From Patescibacteria group bacterium (GTDB lineage Bacteria > Patescibacteriota > Patescibacteriia > Patescibacteriales > JBAZCA01), in the NCBI GenBank assembly GCA_041661505.1, contig JBAZUF010000001.1, positions 47,144-111,143 on the forward strand: 64,000 nucleotides of DNA, read 5' to 3'. A model generated the notes under the pieces. That model did not search any database. It was not told the origin of the DNA and worked only from the letters and a program-made list of their open reading frames with translations. A program made the position numbers and the translations under genes. Positions 54,938-64,000 of this stretch are shown here, piece after piece; the first letter of the stretch is position 1; every line of letters starts with the position of its first letter.

Positions 54938-56017
54938 TTATTTGAATTCATCCAATACCACGTTTATGACGATTGACTTGCCTCCCCTTAAAATCTTCAA
55001 GCCGATCTTGTTGCCCGGCTTGTACCTTTGGGTAATGCTCTGCAAAGTTTTTCCCCCCTCGATCTTAATCCCGTTTACCTCATAAACTATATCCCCGGCT
55101 TGAAGACCGGCCTTTTCCGCCGGCGAATCCGCTAAAATGGCCGGCGATCCGTTTTCACCCGCTATTATCCAAGCGCCCTTATCCCGGCCTAATTTTTTAT
55201 CTTTGGCTATTTCCGGGGTGAGCATAGTATAGTGCACCCCCAGCCGCGCCCGAACTATCCGGCCGCGTTCTTTTACGCTAGTTATTACCGGCCGGGCGTC
55301 GTTAATCGGAATAGCAAAACTCACTCCTTGGCCGTCTTGGTCAATCGCCGTATTGATGCCGACCACTTTGCCGCTTAAATCTATTAGCGGCCCGCCGGAA
55401 TTGCCCGGATTGATGTCCGCGTCAGACTGGATTACATTATCCAGTAATTCCGCCTGACCGTTTTTGTCGCTGGCCGCGACGCTTCTTCCCAGTCCGGAAA
55501 CGATTCCCTTGGTCACGGTATTTTGGTAGAGGCCTAAAGTATTGCCAATCGCTATTACCGTCATCCCTTCAACTAATTTATCCGAATCGCCCATCTCGAT
55601 ATACGGCAAATTCTTATCGAAAATTTTTAAAATCGCCAGGTCGTTCAAAGGATCTTTGCCGATAAACTGGGCGTAATATTCTTTGCCGCTCGCCAGTATG
55701 ATCCGGTACTCGGAAGTTTTTTCGCTGGCTACCGCGGCCACGTGCTTGTTGGTAATAATCAAACCATCGGATGAAATTATAAACCCGGTGCCCGAGCCCT
55801 TTTTTACCCGGATATCATCTTCTTTGTTGTAAATGATAACGCTTACAACTGCCGGTTTAACCTTATTAATCGCCCGGATGGTCGCTTCCTGGTCGTCTAA
55901 ACGCAGATTGTCGGCCACCGCGGTGGTTATGCCGTTGCGGACGGCGTAAACTCCGCCAACGATTATTCCGGCCGTGAAAGCCAGGCCAATAAAGAGATAA
56001 ACAAATTTTTTTGCCAT
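54938..56017 (-). CDS. htrA: HtrA/DegP-family serine protease with PDZ domain
   Basis: GNSGGPLI catalytic Ser motif, His/Asp triad, C-terminal PDZ. Confidence 0.85.
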   Translation of the reverse strand: MAKKFVYLFIGLAFTAGIIVGGVYAVRNGITTAVADNLRLDDQEATIRAINKVKPAVVSVIIYNKEDDIRVKKGSGTGFIISSDGLIITNKHVAAVASEKTSEYRIILASGKEYYAQFIGKDPLNDLAILKIFDKNLPYIEMGDSDKLVEGMTVIAIGNTLGLYQNTVTKGIVSGLGRSVAASDKNGQAELLDNVIQSDADINPGNSGGPLIDLSGKVVGINTAIDQDGQGVSFAIPINDARPVITSVKERGRIVRARLGVHYTMLTPEIAKDKKLGRDKGAWIIAGENGSPAILADSPAEKAGLQAGDIVYEVNGIKIEGGKTLQSITQRYKPGNKIGLKILRGGKSIVINVVLDEFK

Positions 56018-56049
56018 ATTTTTTAAAATATTTTTAATATTTCAATCCG

Positions 56050-57153
56050 TTAAATTCCGTCCTCGCTCAACTCCTCTAAAGTTTTTTTCAGCTTCCGGCT
56101 CAAGCCCTTAGGTATCCGCACGTTTACTTTTACCAGATGGTCGCCCCGCCCGCGGCCGCGGAGCCTTAAAACGCCCTTTTCTTTTAGCCGAAACACGGTA
56201 CCTGGCTGGGTGCCTTCGGGAATTTTTAATTCCACGTTTCCGTCCACGGTTTCCACTTCGATTTTAGCGCCAATCGCCGCCTGGGTAAATTTTATTTGCG
56301 CTTCGCTATAGATATCATAACCTTCGCGCCTAAAGCGCGAATCAGGCTTGACTCTTATTTTAATATACAGGTCGCCTGATGGCGCGCCTTTTTCGCCGGC
56401 TTCGCCTTGGCCCGCAAACCGGATTGATTCGCCGTTATCGATTCCAGCCGGGATTTTTATGGTAATGCTCGGATCGTTATTGTATACGCCCGAGCCGCGG
56501 CACTTGGAGCATTTCTGGCTTGGGATTTTCCCTTCGCCCTGGCAATTATGGCAGATAGTTTCCATCTGCACGGTGCCGAAAATCGTCCTTTGGTTTTTTA
56601 TTATCCTGCCGGATCCATTGCAGACCGGACAAGCCTCGATTTTAGCTCCCGGTTCCGCGCCCGACCCCTGGCATTTATCGCAAGCAACATTCTTCCTGAT
56701 TCGAATATCCTTTTCGACGCCAAAAACCGCGTCTTGAAAATTTATTTCAATTTCCGTTTCAATATCCCGCCCTCTTTTTGCTCTTCGCCCGCCTCCGCCG
56801 GATCGCCGGCCAAAGCCGAACATGTCCCCCAGTCCGCCGAACATATCGCCCAGGTCATCCATGTTAATGTTAAATCCGTTGGTGTAGCCCGAAAAATCGC
56901 GGAAGCCTTCAAAGCCGCCAAAGCCTCCGGCGCCTTGCGCTTGCTCGAATGCTGAACCAAACTGGTCGTATTGCGCCCGTTTTTTCGCGTCGCCCAAAAC
57001 CTGGTAAGCTTCATTTATTTCTTTGAATTTCTTTTCATCTCCGCCGCCTTTATCCGGATGGTGCACGTGCGCGAGCTTCCTGAAAGCTTTTTTTATATCG
57101 TCCTGCGAAGCATTTTTATCGACGCCTAAAATTTTATAGTAATCTTTTGACAT
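56050..57153 (-). CDS. dnaJ: chaperone DnaJ
   Basis: J-domain HPD, Gly/Phe-rich region, four CxxCxGxG zinc-finger repeats. Confidence 0.9.
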   Translation of the reverse strand: MSKDYYKILGVDKNASQDDIKKAFRKLAHVHHPDKGGGDEKKFKEINEAYQVLGDAKKRAQYDQFGSAFEQAQGAGGFGGFEGFRDFSGYTNGFNINMDDLGDMFGGLGDMFGFGRRSGGGGRRAKRGRDIETEIEINFQDAVFGVEKDIRIRKNVACDKCQGSGAEPGAKIEACPVCNGSGRIIKNQRTIFGTVQMETICHNCQGEGKIPSQKCSKCRGSGVYNNDPSITIKIPAGIDNGESIRFAGQGEAGEKGAPSGDLYIKIRVKPDSRFRREGYDIYSEAQIKFTQAAIGAKIEVETVDGNVELKIPEGTQPGTVFRLKEKGVLRLRGRGRGDHLVKVNVRIPKGLSRKLKKTLEELSEDGI

Positions 57154-57186
57154 AATCTTTTAACCAGCCTTATTCAATAATACGCT

Positions 57187-57211
57187 AAATGCCAGAAGTC
57201 GCCTGGCATTT
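57187..57211 (-). terminator. 9-bp stem hairpin in the dnaK-dnaJ intergenic region (partial terminator/processing hairpin)
   Basis: AAATGCCAG-N7-CTGGCATTT; weak U-tract. Confidence 0.35.
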
Positions 57212-57293
57212 AACTATTATGTCTGATGACATAACCTCATTCGCTCGTCCCGCATAGTGCGGGGCTCACTCATTTCTAATTATAACAGATTAT

Positions 57294-59282
57294 CTACTTC
57301 TTTTCTTTAAACTCGCCTTCGACCGGCCCTTCGCCTTTTTTATCCTGTCCGTCTTTATTTTCAGCGCCGCCTTGTCCGCTAGCGTCAGGTCCGCTCTGGG
57401 CGCTTTCCGAGCCAGCTCCAGTTCCACCAAAACCCGGAGCACCCTGCGCACCACCCTGGGCGCCTCCTGTCTGTCCGCCTTGCGCGGATTGGTACATAGC
57501 CGCTCCAATCTTTTGCGCTATTTGGCTTAATTCTTCCATCTTTTTCTTAATATCCTCCATATTATCAGTATCCTTAACTTTCTTCAATTCCGCTGCCTTG
57601 TCTTCCAATTCCTTTTTATCTTCCGGCTTCATTTTTTCGCCGGATTCGCGCAAGAGTTTTTCCGTGGTAAAGACGAGCGAGTCCGCCTGATTTTTCATAT
57701 CAACAATTTCCCTTTTCTTTTTGTCCTCATCGGCGTGGAGTTCGGCTTCTTTGGTCATTTTTTCGATTTCATCTTTAGAAAGGCCCGAAGAAGAAGTAAT
57801 GGTAATTTTTTGTTCTTTACCGGTGGCTTTGTCTTTGGCTGAAACGTTTAAGATGCCGTTGGCGTCGAGGTCAAAAGATACTTCCACTTGCGGAACGCCG
57901 CGCGGCGCCGGAGGAATTCCGTCCAGCATAAACCGTCCGAGCGACTTATTATCCCCTGCCATTGGCCGCTCGCCCTGCAAGACATTAATTTCCACGCTCG
58001 GCTGGCTGTCGGCGGCCGTAGAAAAGACCTGCGACTTTGAAGTCGGAATCGTTGTATTCCGGTTAATTAATGGGGTCATAACGCCGCCCAAAGTTTCAAT
58101 TCCCAGGGTTAGAGGAGTTACATCTAATAACAGCACATCCTTAACGTCGCCCTGCAAAACTCCGGCCTGGACGGCCGCTCCGGCCGCGACTACTTCATCC
58201 GGATTAACGCCTAAGTGCGGCTCTTTGCCGAAAAATTCCTTAACCATTTTTTGCACCAAAGGCATTCTTGTCATTCCGCCGACCATAATCACTTCTTCAA
58301 TATCTTTAGTCTCCACTCCGGCGTCTTTTAGCGCCGCCCGGCAAGGGCCCAAAGTTTTTTCCACCAAATCCCCGACCAGTTCTTCCAGTTTGGACCGGCT
58401 AATTTTTAAAAGCAAATGCTTGGGTCCGGCCGCGTCCGACGTTATAAACGGCTGGTTGATTTCGGTTTCATTAGTCGAAGACAATTCAATCTTAGCTTTT
58501 TCCGCCGATTCTTTAATTCTTTGCAAAGCCAAAGGATCTTTTCCAAGGTCAATGCCCTGGTCTTTTCTGAATTCATCAATAATCCAGGAGGCGATTCTTT
58601 GGTCAAAATCTTCTCCGCCTAAATGGGTATCGCCGTTAGTTGATTTTACTTCAACCGTATCAGCGGAAATATCCAGCACGGAAATATCAAAAGTTCCGCC
58701 GCCCAAATCGTACACCGCGACTTGCTGGCCTTTCTTTTTATCAAAGCCGTAAGCTAAAGCGGCGGCCGTCGGTTCATTAATAATGCGTTTCACATCTAAG
58801 CCGGCAATTTTACCGGCATCTTTAGTCGCCTGCCTTTGCGAGTCGTCAAAATAAGCCGGAACCGTAATTACCGCTTCGGTAATTATTTCCCCGAGTTTCG
58901 CCTCGGCGTCGGCTTTCATCTTAGCTAAAATCATAGCCGAAACTTCCTGCGGCGTATATTCTTTATCGCCCATTACCACCTTAACTCCGCCGTTTCCTTT
59001 GACAATTTTATAAGGCGCGGTTTTTAAGTCGCGCTGGACTTCGTCGTCCTCGAATTTTCGGCCGATCAAGCGCTTAACCGCGTAAATCGTATTTTGCGGA
59101 TTAATAACAGCTTGCCGTTTCGCGGCCTGGCCGACAATCCGTTCGCCGTTTTTGGATACGGCAACGACCGAAGGCGTGGTCCGCGACCCTTCGGCGTTCT
59201 CTAAAATTTTCGGCACGCCGCCCTCAATAATGGCCATCGCCGAATTTGTAGTTCCTAAATCTATTCCTAAAATTTTCGACAT
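57294..59282 (-). CDS. dnaK: chaperone DnaK (Hsp70)
   Basis: [19 protein letters not shown]-terminal GGAQG repeats and EEK tail. Confidence 0.95.
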   Translation of the reverse strand: MSKILGIDLGTTNSAMAIIEGGVPKILENAEGSRTTPSVVAVSKNGERIVGQAAKRQAVINPQNTIYAVKRLIGRKFEDDEVQRDLKTAPYKIVKGNGGVKVVMGDKEYTPQEVSAMILAKMKADAEAKLGEIITEAVITVPAYFDDSQRQATKDAGKIAGLDVKRIINEPTAAALAYGFDKKKGQQVAVYDLGGGTFDISVLDISADTVEVKSTNGDTHLGGEDFDQRIASWIIDEFRKDQGIDLGKDPLALQRIKESAEKAKIELSSTNETEINQPFITSDAAGPKHLLLKISRSKLEELVGDLVEKTLGPCRAALKDAGVETKDIEEVIMVGGMTRMPLVQKMVKEFFGKEPHLGVNPDEVVAAGAAVQAGVLQGDVKDVLLLDVTPLTLGIETLGGVMTPLINRNTTIPTSKSQVFSTAADSQPSVEINVLQGERPMAGDNKSLGRFMLDGIPPAPRGVPQVEVSFDLDANGILNVSAKDKATGKEQKITITSSSGLSKDEIEKMTKEAELHADEDKKKREIVDMKNQADSLVFTTEKLLRESGEKMKPEDKKELEDKAAELKKVKDTDNMEDIKKKMEELSQIAQKIGAAMYQSAQGGQTGGAQGGAQGAPGFGGTGAGSESAQSGPDASGQGGAENKDGQDKKGEGPVEGEFKEKK

Positions 59283-59291
59283 ACAATATAT

Positions 59292-59723
59292 TTAATTTTT
59301 CTTAATATTCACCCTCACCTTATTCGTCTTCGCTTCCGGCGCTTTGGGGATGGAAATTTTTAATACCCCATCCTCGGCCGCGGCCGACGCTTTATCGCCC
59401 TCCACTCTCATAGGAAGAGGAACACTGCGGTAGAAGCTCCCCCGCTGGATTTCCTTGCGGTAATAGTTTTTGTCTTCCACCTCGCTTCTTTTTTCGCTTT
59501 CGCCTTTGATTGTTAAAATGTCATTTTCAATCGAAATATCCACCTTTTCCGGATCCATGCCGGCCAAAGGCGCCTCGACGATTATATTGTCTTTGTCCTC
59601 ATACATGTCGATGGCCGGGATAAATCCCGACTTGGCCATCCGGCTTCTTACCGCCGGAATAAAATCGGAGAACATCCCCTCGATATCTTCGAATGGCTCC
59701 CTCCATCTTATTAATCCGTTCAT
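59292..59723 (-). CDS. Hsp20/alpha-crystallin small heat-shock protein
   Basis: alpha-crystallin domain with GVLKISIPK-type motif. Confidence 0.85.
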   Translation of the reverse strand: MNGLIRWREPFEDIEGMFSDFIPAVRSRMAKSGFIPAIDMYEDKDNIIVEAPLAGMDPEKVDISIENDILTIKGESEKRSEVEDKNYYRKEIQRGSFYRSVPLPMRVEGDKASAAAEDGVLKISIPKAPEAKTNKVRVNIKKN

Positions 59724-59797
59724 ATTTTTTTGCCTGATTAGCCAATGGTCCGGCAGACCCGGCCAGAGCGCTAATCCCGGTGCTAATTATTTGTAAA

Positions 59798-60694
59798 CTA
59801 TTTTTTAAACTCAAATACCTTTACTCTGGCCGGAACGATTACTTTTCCTTTCAGCCTATAGCCCGGCTTTAATTCTTCGGCTACTATTCCATCCATCTTT
59901 TTATCATTCGTCGCAGTGTGCCCCATAGCTTCCATAGCATGCGGATCATACGGTTTGCCGGCTGTTTCAATTTCTTTTACGCCTTCTTCTTCCAAAATAT
60001 TTTTAAATTGCCGGAGCACCATCTTCAAGCCTTCTTCAATCTGCCCGCCGTTTCCCGCCCCGTCTTTACCGCTATTTTTTTCATCACTGCCATCCTTAGC
60101 GCCGTTACTATGCATTAACGCCAGTTTCAAATTGTCGTAAACCGGCAAAATCGCCTGGATCAAATTTTCGCTCGCGTACTTAGCGCACTCGGATTTTTCC
60201 TCGGCTGTCCGTTTTAATAAATTCTGGTAATCGGCTAAAGCCCGTTTATATTTATGTTCAAAATCATGCTTTTCCCGCCTTTTGGTAAATTTTTCCACCA
60301 ATAGTTTTGTATAGGGATTCATTTCCAATGTTTTCAAAGCCTCTTCCGGCTTAATCCAGATATTCTCATCCATTTCTTCATTCATCTCCGCTAATTCTCC
60401 TCCGGCCAAATGGGCGAAATAATCTAAAAAGACAAAATGGGCTTTTCGGTGGTATAGCGGAGGATTTATTCCTTCGCCCACGTAAGCGAATTCGATTTTA
60501 TCGATTTCGTAGCCGGTTTCTTCCATTATCTCCCTTTTTAAAGCCTCTTCGGCAGTCTCGCCTAATTCAATGTGTCCGCCCGGAATCTGCCAGGCGTCTC
60601 CCCATTTCTTGCTTTTGGTTAAAAAAACTTCTCCCTGATCATTATATATTAACGCGGCCGCTACCGCTTCCGGACAATTGTATTGTTCCGCCAT
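59798..60694 (-). CDS. grpE: NUDIX hydrolase domain fused to nucleotide-exchange factor GrpE
   Basis: N-terminal Nudix box GGHIELGETAEEALKREIMEETG; C-terminal GrpE signature KPYDPHAMEAM...GYRLKGKVIVPARVKV. Confidence 0.8.
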   Translation of the reverse strand: MAEQYNCPEAVAAALIYNDQGEVFLTKSKKWGDAWQIPGGHIELGETAEEALKREIMEETGYEIDKIEFAYVGEGINPPLYHRKAHFVFLDYFAHLAGGELAEMNEEMDENIWIKPEEALKTLEMNPYTKLLVEKFTKRREKHDFEHKYKRALADYQNLLKRTAEEKSECAKYASENLIQAILPVYDNLKLALMHSNGAKDGSDEKNSGKDGAGNGGQIEEGLKMVLRQFKNILEEEGVKEIETAGKPYDPHAMEAMGHTATNDKKMDGIVAEELKPGYRLKGKVIVPARVKVFEFKK

Positions 60695-60729
60695 ATATAG
60701 TTTTTTATTTTAAATCTAAACCTTTATTT

Positions 60730-61437
60730 TTATCGCTTACTGGCCTGCGGGCGCCCTCCCGCCAATTTCTCATTAATTAATTTCATCAGCGACAAACTTT
60801 TTTCATAATCCATCCGCAGAGGCCCGAGCATAGCGATTAACCCCAGGTCGCCGTTGTACTTATACTTGAAAATTATGCTTGAGCAATAATTGCTGAACGG
60901 ATTTTCCGTCCCGATAAGTATCAAGGGCTCGCCCTCGACTTTGTCAAAAATTCTGCCTATTACTTCTTCCAGCTGGTCGATGATAAATGAGATGTTGTAA
61001 ATCAGATTACTTTCGATAAATTCAGGCTGGGTTAAGAGATTGGAAATTCCGGTGTAATATAAGTTACGACGATTTATGGCCCAAATTATGGCATTGCCGG
61101 AGATGCGGGCGAGCTCTTTGGCCGTCTGCTTAAAAGCTTCTTCCGTGCCCTTTTTTAAATGCCCGGTAACAATTTTAACATCTTCCGCGTTTAACTTTTT
61201 TTCTTTTAATTCGCTTATGTAAAATTTATAGGCTTTTTCGGTCGGCACCCGGCCGGCGGAAGTATGCGGCTGGATGATATAGCCCTCATTTTCCAAAGCC
61301 GACATCTCGTTTCTAACCGTGGCCGGCGAAATATCCAGTTTATATTTCTCGACCAAAACGCCGGAACCGACCGGCGCGCCGGTTTTTAGGTACTCTTTTA
61401 TGACAGTATTTAGGATGTATCTTTTTCTGTCCTCCAT
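60730..61437 (-). CDS. hrcA: heat-inducible transcription repressor HrcA (short form)
   Basis: N-terminal wHTH GAPVGSGVLVEKY...SPATVRNEMSALENEGYI. Confidence 0.8.
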   Translation of the reverse strand: MEDRKRYILNTVIKEYLKTGAPVGSGVLVEKYKLDISPATVRNEMSALENEGYIIQPHTSAGRVPTEKAYKFYISELKEKKLNAEDVKIVTGHLKKGTEEAFKQTAKELARISGNAIIWAINRRNLYYTGISNLLTQPEFIESNLIYNISFIIDQLEEVIGRIFDKVEGEPLILIGTENPFSNYCSSIIFKYKYNGDLGLIAMLGPLRMDYEKSLSLMKLINEKLAGGRPQASKR

Positions 61438-61518
61438 ATCCGTTTATGGGCGTCCGCGATAGCCCTGAAACCGGCTATTTTAACGCGTTGCCAAAGCTAA
61501 AAATATTATATACCCCCG

Positions 61519-61545
61519 TTAGCACTCTTGTCAAGAGAGTGCTAA
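61519..61545. promoter_or_regulatory. CIRCE operator (HrcA binding site) upstream of the hrcA operon
   Basis: TTAGCACTC-ttgtcaaga-GAGTGCTAA, a perfect 9-N9-9 inverted repeat. Confidence 0.9.
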
Positions 61546-61630
61546 TCCTTTGTTTTTAGGCAAGAAAAAAGGGACGGGCTGTGGAAAAACAAGCTCTCGT
61601 CCCTCGGGTTTTCGGGGGGGGTATGTGCCG

Positions 61631-61924
61631 TTAGGCGGCGAGCGGTTCGGCGAAAAAAAGCCCGTGTACAGCCGGGCATGCTGGAACATACGGCGGCGGG
61701 GGCGGCAAAGTCGGAACATACGGCTCGCCGGTGAGTTCAAAGTATTCATAAGCCAGCTCGTGAAGCAGGTCGCAAATTGTCGAGTAGTCTTCAAAGCAGA
61801 CTGCCCCGCACCAGATGCGATGCTCGGCTTCGAGCATACTTATAACTCCAAAAATTACTTCGGCCTTATCGGCCTTTTCCTTTTCGAACTCAACAAACTC
61901 CGCCATGTAATCATAATGTTGCAT
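61631..61924 (-). CDS. small hypothetical protein with poly-Pro segment (97 aa), locally GC-rich
   Basis: GGAAGGGAG RBS upstream of ATG; PTLPPPPPYVPACP. Confidence 0.4.
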   Translation of the reverse strand: MQHYDYMAEFVEFEKEKADKAEVIFGVISMLEAEHRIWCGAVCFEDYSTICDLLHELAYEYFELTGEPYVPTLPPPPPYVPACPAVHGLFFAEPLAA

Positions 61925-62155
61925 GCTTCTAATTCTCCCTTCCTTCGATTAAAGAACACCTTTATCGCTCCCAAATATTTCCCGGGAGCACCATTTATCG
62001 TTTCGCCAAAATTCTAGCGTTTACTTTGGTTTTTATTTCTTAAACAAACAAATAAGACCGCGGGGGTCTTATTTGCTAATACGCAAATTGGTGTTATTTT
62101 ATTGACTGCTATTTAATCATACTTCAATTTATTTGTCAACATCTAATCAAATTTA

Positions 62156-63922
62156 TCATTCAATATTAGCTTTTTTTAAAAAATCTTTCCCCTTATTAGG
62201 AAACTTGCTTTTCTTGGGATATTTATCTTTTTTGATTTTTTTACGGTTTTGCCTAAGGAACAATTCCCCGCGGCCCTCCCATTCTTCCATCTTATTTTTT
62301 TCCACTATAACATCCCGCCATCTCTTTATCGGCTTCCCGCTCCTTATTTCGTCAAGAGCTATCGCCCTGCCGGCGCAATTCAGCCATTCGGTAAGCGGTT
62401 CATGGCCCAATTGATGGATTATATCCTGCCAAGAACTGCCTCTTCTCTCAAGCATATCGACAGCCTTTAGAGCTTTAGTTATATATGACTGGTATTCTTT
62501 TACAAATATCTTTTCAAAAATCTCTTCTATCTTATTACTCTCCAGCCCCAGCTTTGTAAAAACTTTTTTATAGGCTTCCGCGCTTTCCTTTTCCCAATCT
62601 CTATAGTAGTTATACAATCCCCCCTGCTCCTCTTTTTTGGATAAAATAGAAGCAATATTTTTCAAAGATTCTTTTCCCGTTTTAATATAAGCCAGAATTT
62701 CATTTTTAGCGTCTTCCAAAAACTTATTTCTGTTTTTTTTCAGCTGCGATTCAAGAATTTCCTCTTCTTCGGAAATAATTTCTTTCTTGCCAAATCCATC
62801 TCGGGTTCCTGTGCCTTCTAATAACCTGTGAATGGCATGCTGTTCTTCGTGGGCATAAATTTCTTCGCTAATATAGTCAGCCACTCCCGGAGGCAAATGA
62901 TGGGAATTTTCGGCAATGATGCAATTTTTTAATCTTGCAATCCTGCATCGGGAAATAAAAACGCCGCCGCTTCTGTCGGCTTTTTGCCGCATTTCTTTGG
63001 TTACTTCCTTCCTTTGGACCAAGTCCTGGTTATAAATTAATGAGTAGTCGTCAAGTTCAAAGCAACGAAAATACAAAGTTATTGGCCCCTGGCGAACCTT
63101 TATTTCTCCTTTAGGTTCGCGGCCAAAGCATGAATTAAATAATTCATCGTCATCTTGGTAAATCCTTCGGTAAGTCTTTACTGTTTCGTGTTTAATCATG
63201 TAATCCGTAAGGCCTTTCTCAAAGAGCGATATTTGATGGGGAGTAAGCCTGGCCTTCGCCGCTCTGCCGTATAGCATGCTCTCCATTTCCTCGTAAGCCA
63301 GATCGGGATCACTCCATGTTGCTTCCTTTAAATCTTTAAGCAGATTCTTAATTCCTCTTTTTTGCTCATCTTGTTTCTTCTGGTATTCGGCCATTCTCGT
63401 TTTTTGAATAGAGCTCCTTTCCTCGTTCGGCAAGCCGGTTTTAAAATGCCTTATTTTCCTCATTTCCAAGTAAGGATCAAAAGGCTCGTAATCAAGCGTA
63501 CGCCATTGACTAGGGAGCTCCAGCGTATTTAAAATCCGCTCTTTTCTCTTTGCAAGAATCTCCATCTCAATCAACTCTTCCCGATTTTTGCCTTTTGGAT
63601 CAAATTTGTCTAGCTTCTCGACATCTTCTTGCTTGAGTAATACTGCCCCGTCGGAAATAATATCGCTATAAGATTCAACCAGCCTATAGTAAGAGTTTTC
63701 CGGTACGGTATTCATTATCCCCAAAATAATATGAGAAATTATTATTTTTTCTTTGGGCGAAAGTTCCTTTTTCCGGAGATTATCCAATTTCTCAAGAACA
63801 CTGCCCCAGGCTTCCAGGTATAATCTTCCAAGCTCTTTTGAAGTCTCGTCATATTCATCCTCGGCTTCGTCATCATAATTAAATTCTCCGTTAGTACCGC
63901 TTTTTTGCGCCAAAAAAATCAA
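62156..63922 (-). CDS. large hypothetical protein with HEExH motif (putative zincin-like metalloprotease)
   Basis: 588 aa, acidic N-terminus, EIYAHEEQHAIHRL motif. Confidence 0.55.
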   Translation of the reverse strand: MIFLAQKSGTNGEFNYDDEAEDEYDETSKELGRLYLEAWGSVLEKLDNLRKKELSPKEKIIISHIILGIMNTVPENSYYRLVESYSDIISDGAVLLKQEDVEKLDKFDPKGKNREELIEMEILAKRKERILNTLELPSQWRTLDYEPFDPYLEMRKIRHFKTGLPNEERSSIQKTRMAEYQKKQDEQKRGIKNLLKDLKEATWSDPDLAYEEMESMLYGRAAKARLTPHQISLFEKGLTDYMIKHETVKTYRRIYQDDDELFNSCFGREPKGEIKVRQGPITLYFRCFELDDYSLIYNQDLVQRKEVTKEMRQKADRSGGVFISRCRIARLKNCIIAENSHHLPPGVADYISEEIYAHEEQHAIHRLLEGTGTRDGFGKKEIISEEEEILESQLKKNRNKFLEDAKNEILAYIKTGKESLKNIASILSKKEEQGGLYNYYRDWEKESAEAYKKVFTKLGLESNKIEEIFEKIFVKEYQSYITKALKAVDMLERRGSSWQDIIHQLGHEPLTEWLNCAGRAIALDEIRSGKPIKRWRDVIVEKNKMEEWEGRGELFLRQNRKKIKKDKYPKKSKFPNKGKDFLKKANIE

Positions 63923-64000
63923 CTCTTTCAGTTCGCTGATCAGAATCTCGTTGCCGGGCCCCTCATTTTTTTCCGGTTCTGTATTGGAAATTAAATTTTC

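Noticed and set aside
59724-59797. Second CIRCE element between hsp20 and grpE (AGCGCTAATCCCGGTGCTAAT)
   Set aside because: It contains only TTAGCAC-like half-sites with the wrong spacing and lacks the 9-N9-9 symmetry, unlike the perfect CIRCE at 61519-61545.

Overview
This is a low-GC, gene-dense bacterial chromosome segment with frequent TTG/GTG starts, short intergenic spacers and many small hypothetical membrane proteins. The style is consistent with a reduced-genome anaerobe such as a Patescibacteria/CPR-like organism; that is an inference, not a database result. Housekeeping content: serS (5' partial), a ferredoxin, murG, murC, murB, gltX, gap, a CCA-adding enzyme, cyclophilin, ftsQ, a Xer-type recombinase, thrS, dnaE, parA, parB, tRNA-Leu(CAA), htrA and the heat-shock operon hrcA-(NUDIX-grpE)-hsp20-dnaK-dnaJ with a textbook CIRCE operator. 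RNase P RNA (rnpB) is readable directly from conserved P4, CR-II and CR-V sequence and is unusually long (about 585 nt). A two-subunit [FeFe]-hydrogenase module (NuoF-like flavoprotein, HydA, small TM1266-like protein) has no maturase genes in the window. Accessory or unusual regions: (i) 10.7-15.7 kb holds three 100%-identical 187-bp GC-rich multi-hairpin repeats plus a degenerate fourth site, interleaved with a KilA-N protein, an HEExH putative metalloprotease and small ORFs, and bounded by a tyrosine recombinase. This may be an integron-like or MITE-bearing island and is the strongest candidate for something undescribed. (ii) An orphan radical-SAM/SPASM enzyme overlaps a small membrane-protein gene. 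(iii) A GC-rich, promoter-to-terminator transcription unit upstream of rnpB carries a 48-codon Cys/His-rich ORF. (iv) An AbrB/MazE-RelE/ParE toxin-antitoxin pair has its own promoter and operator. (v) A GC-shifted three-gene module contains an ANT(2'')-like nucleotidyltransferase. (vi) A 2.4-kb segment is flanked by about 85-bp direct repeats derived from the 3' end of a membrane-protein gene. (vii) A thrS leader has promoter, terminator and T-box-like features. (viii) Two unrelated hypothetical proteins share an (I/Y)xHEExHAI motif. Many antisense ORFs in the six-frame track are artefacts and are not reported.
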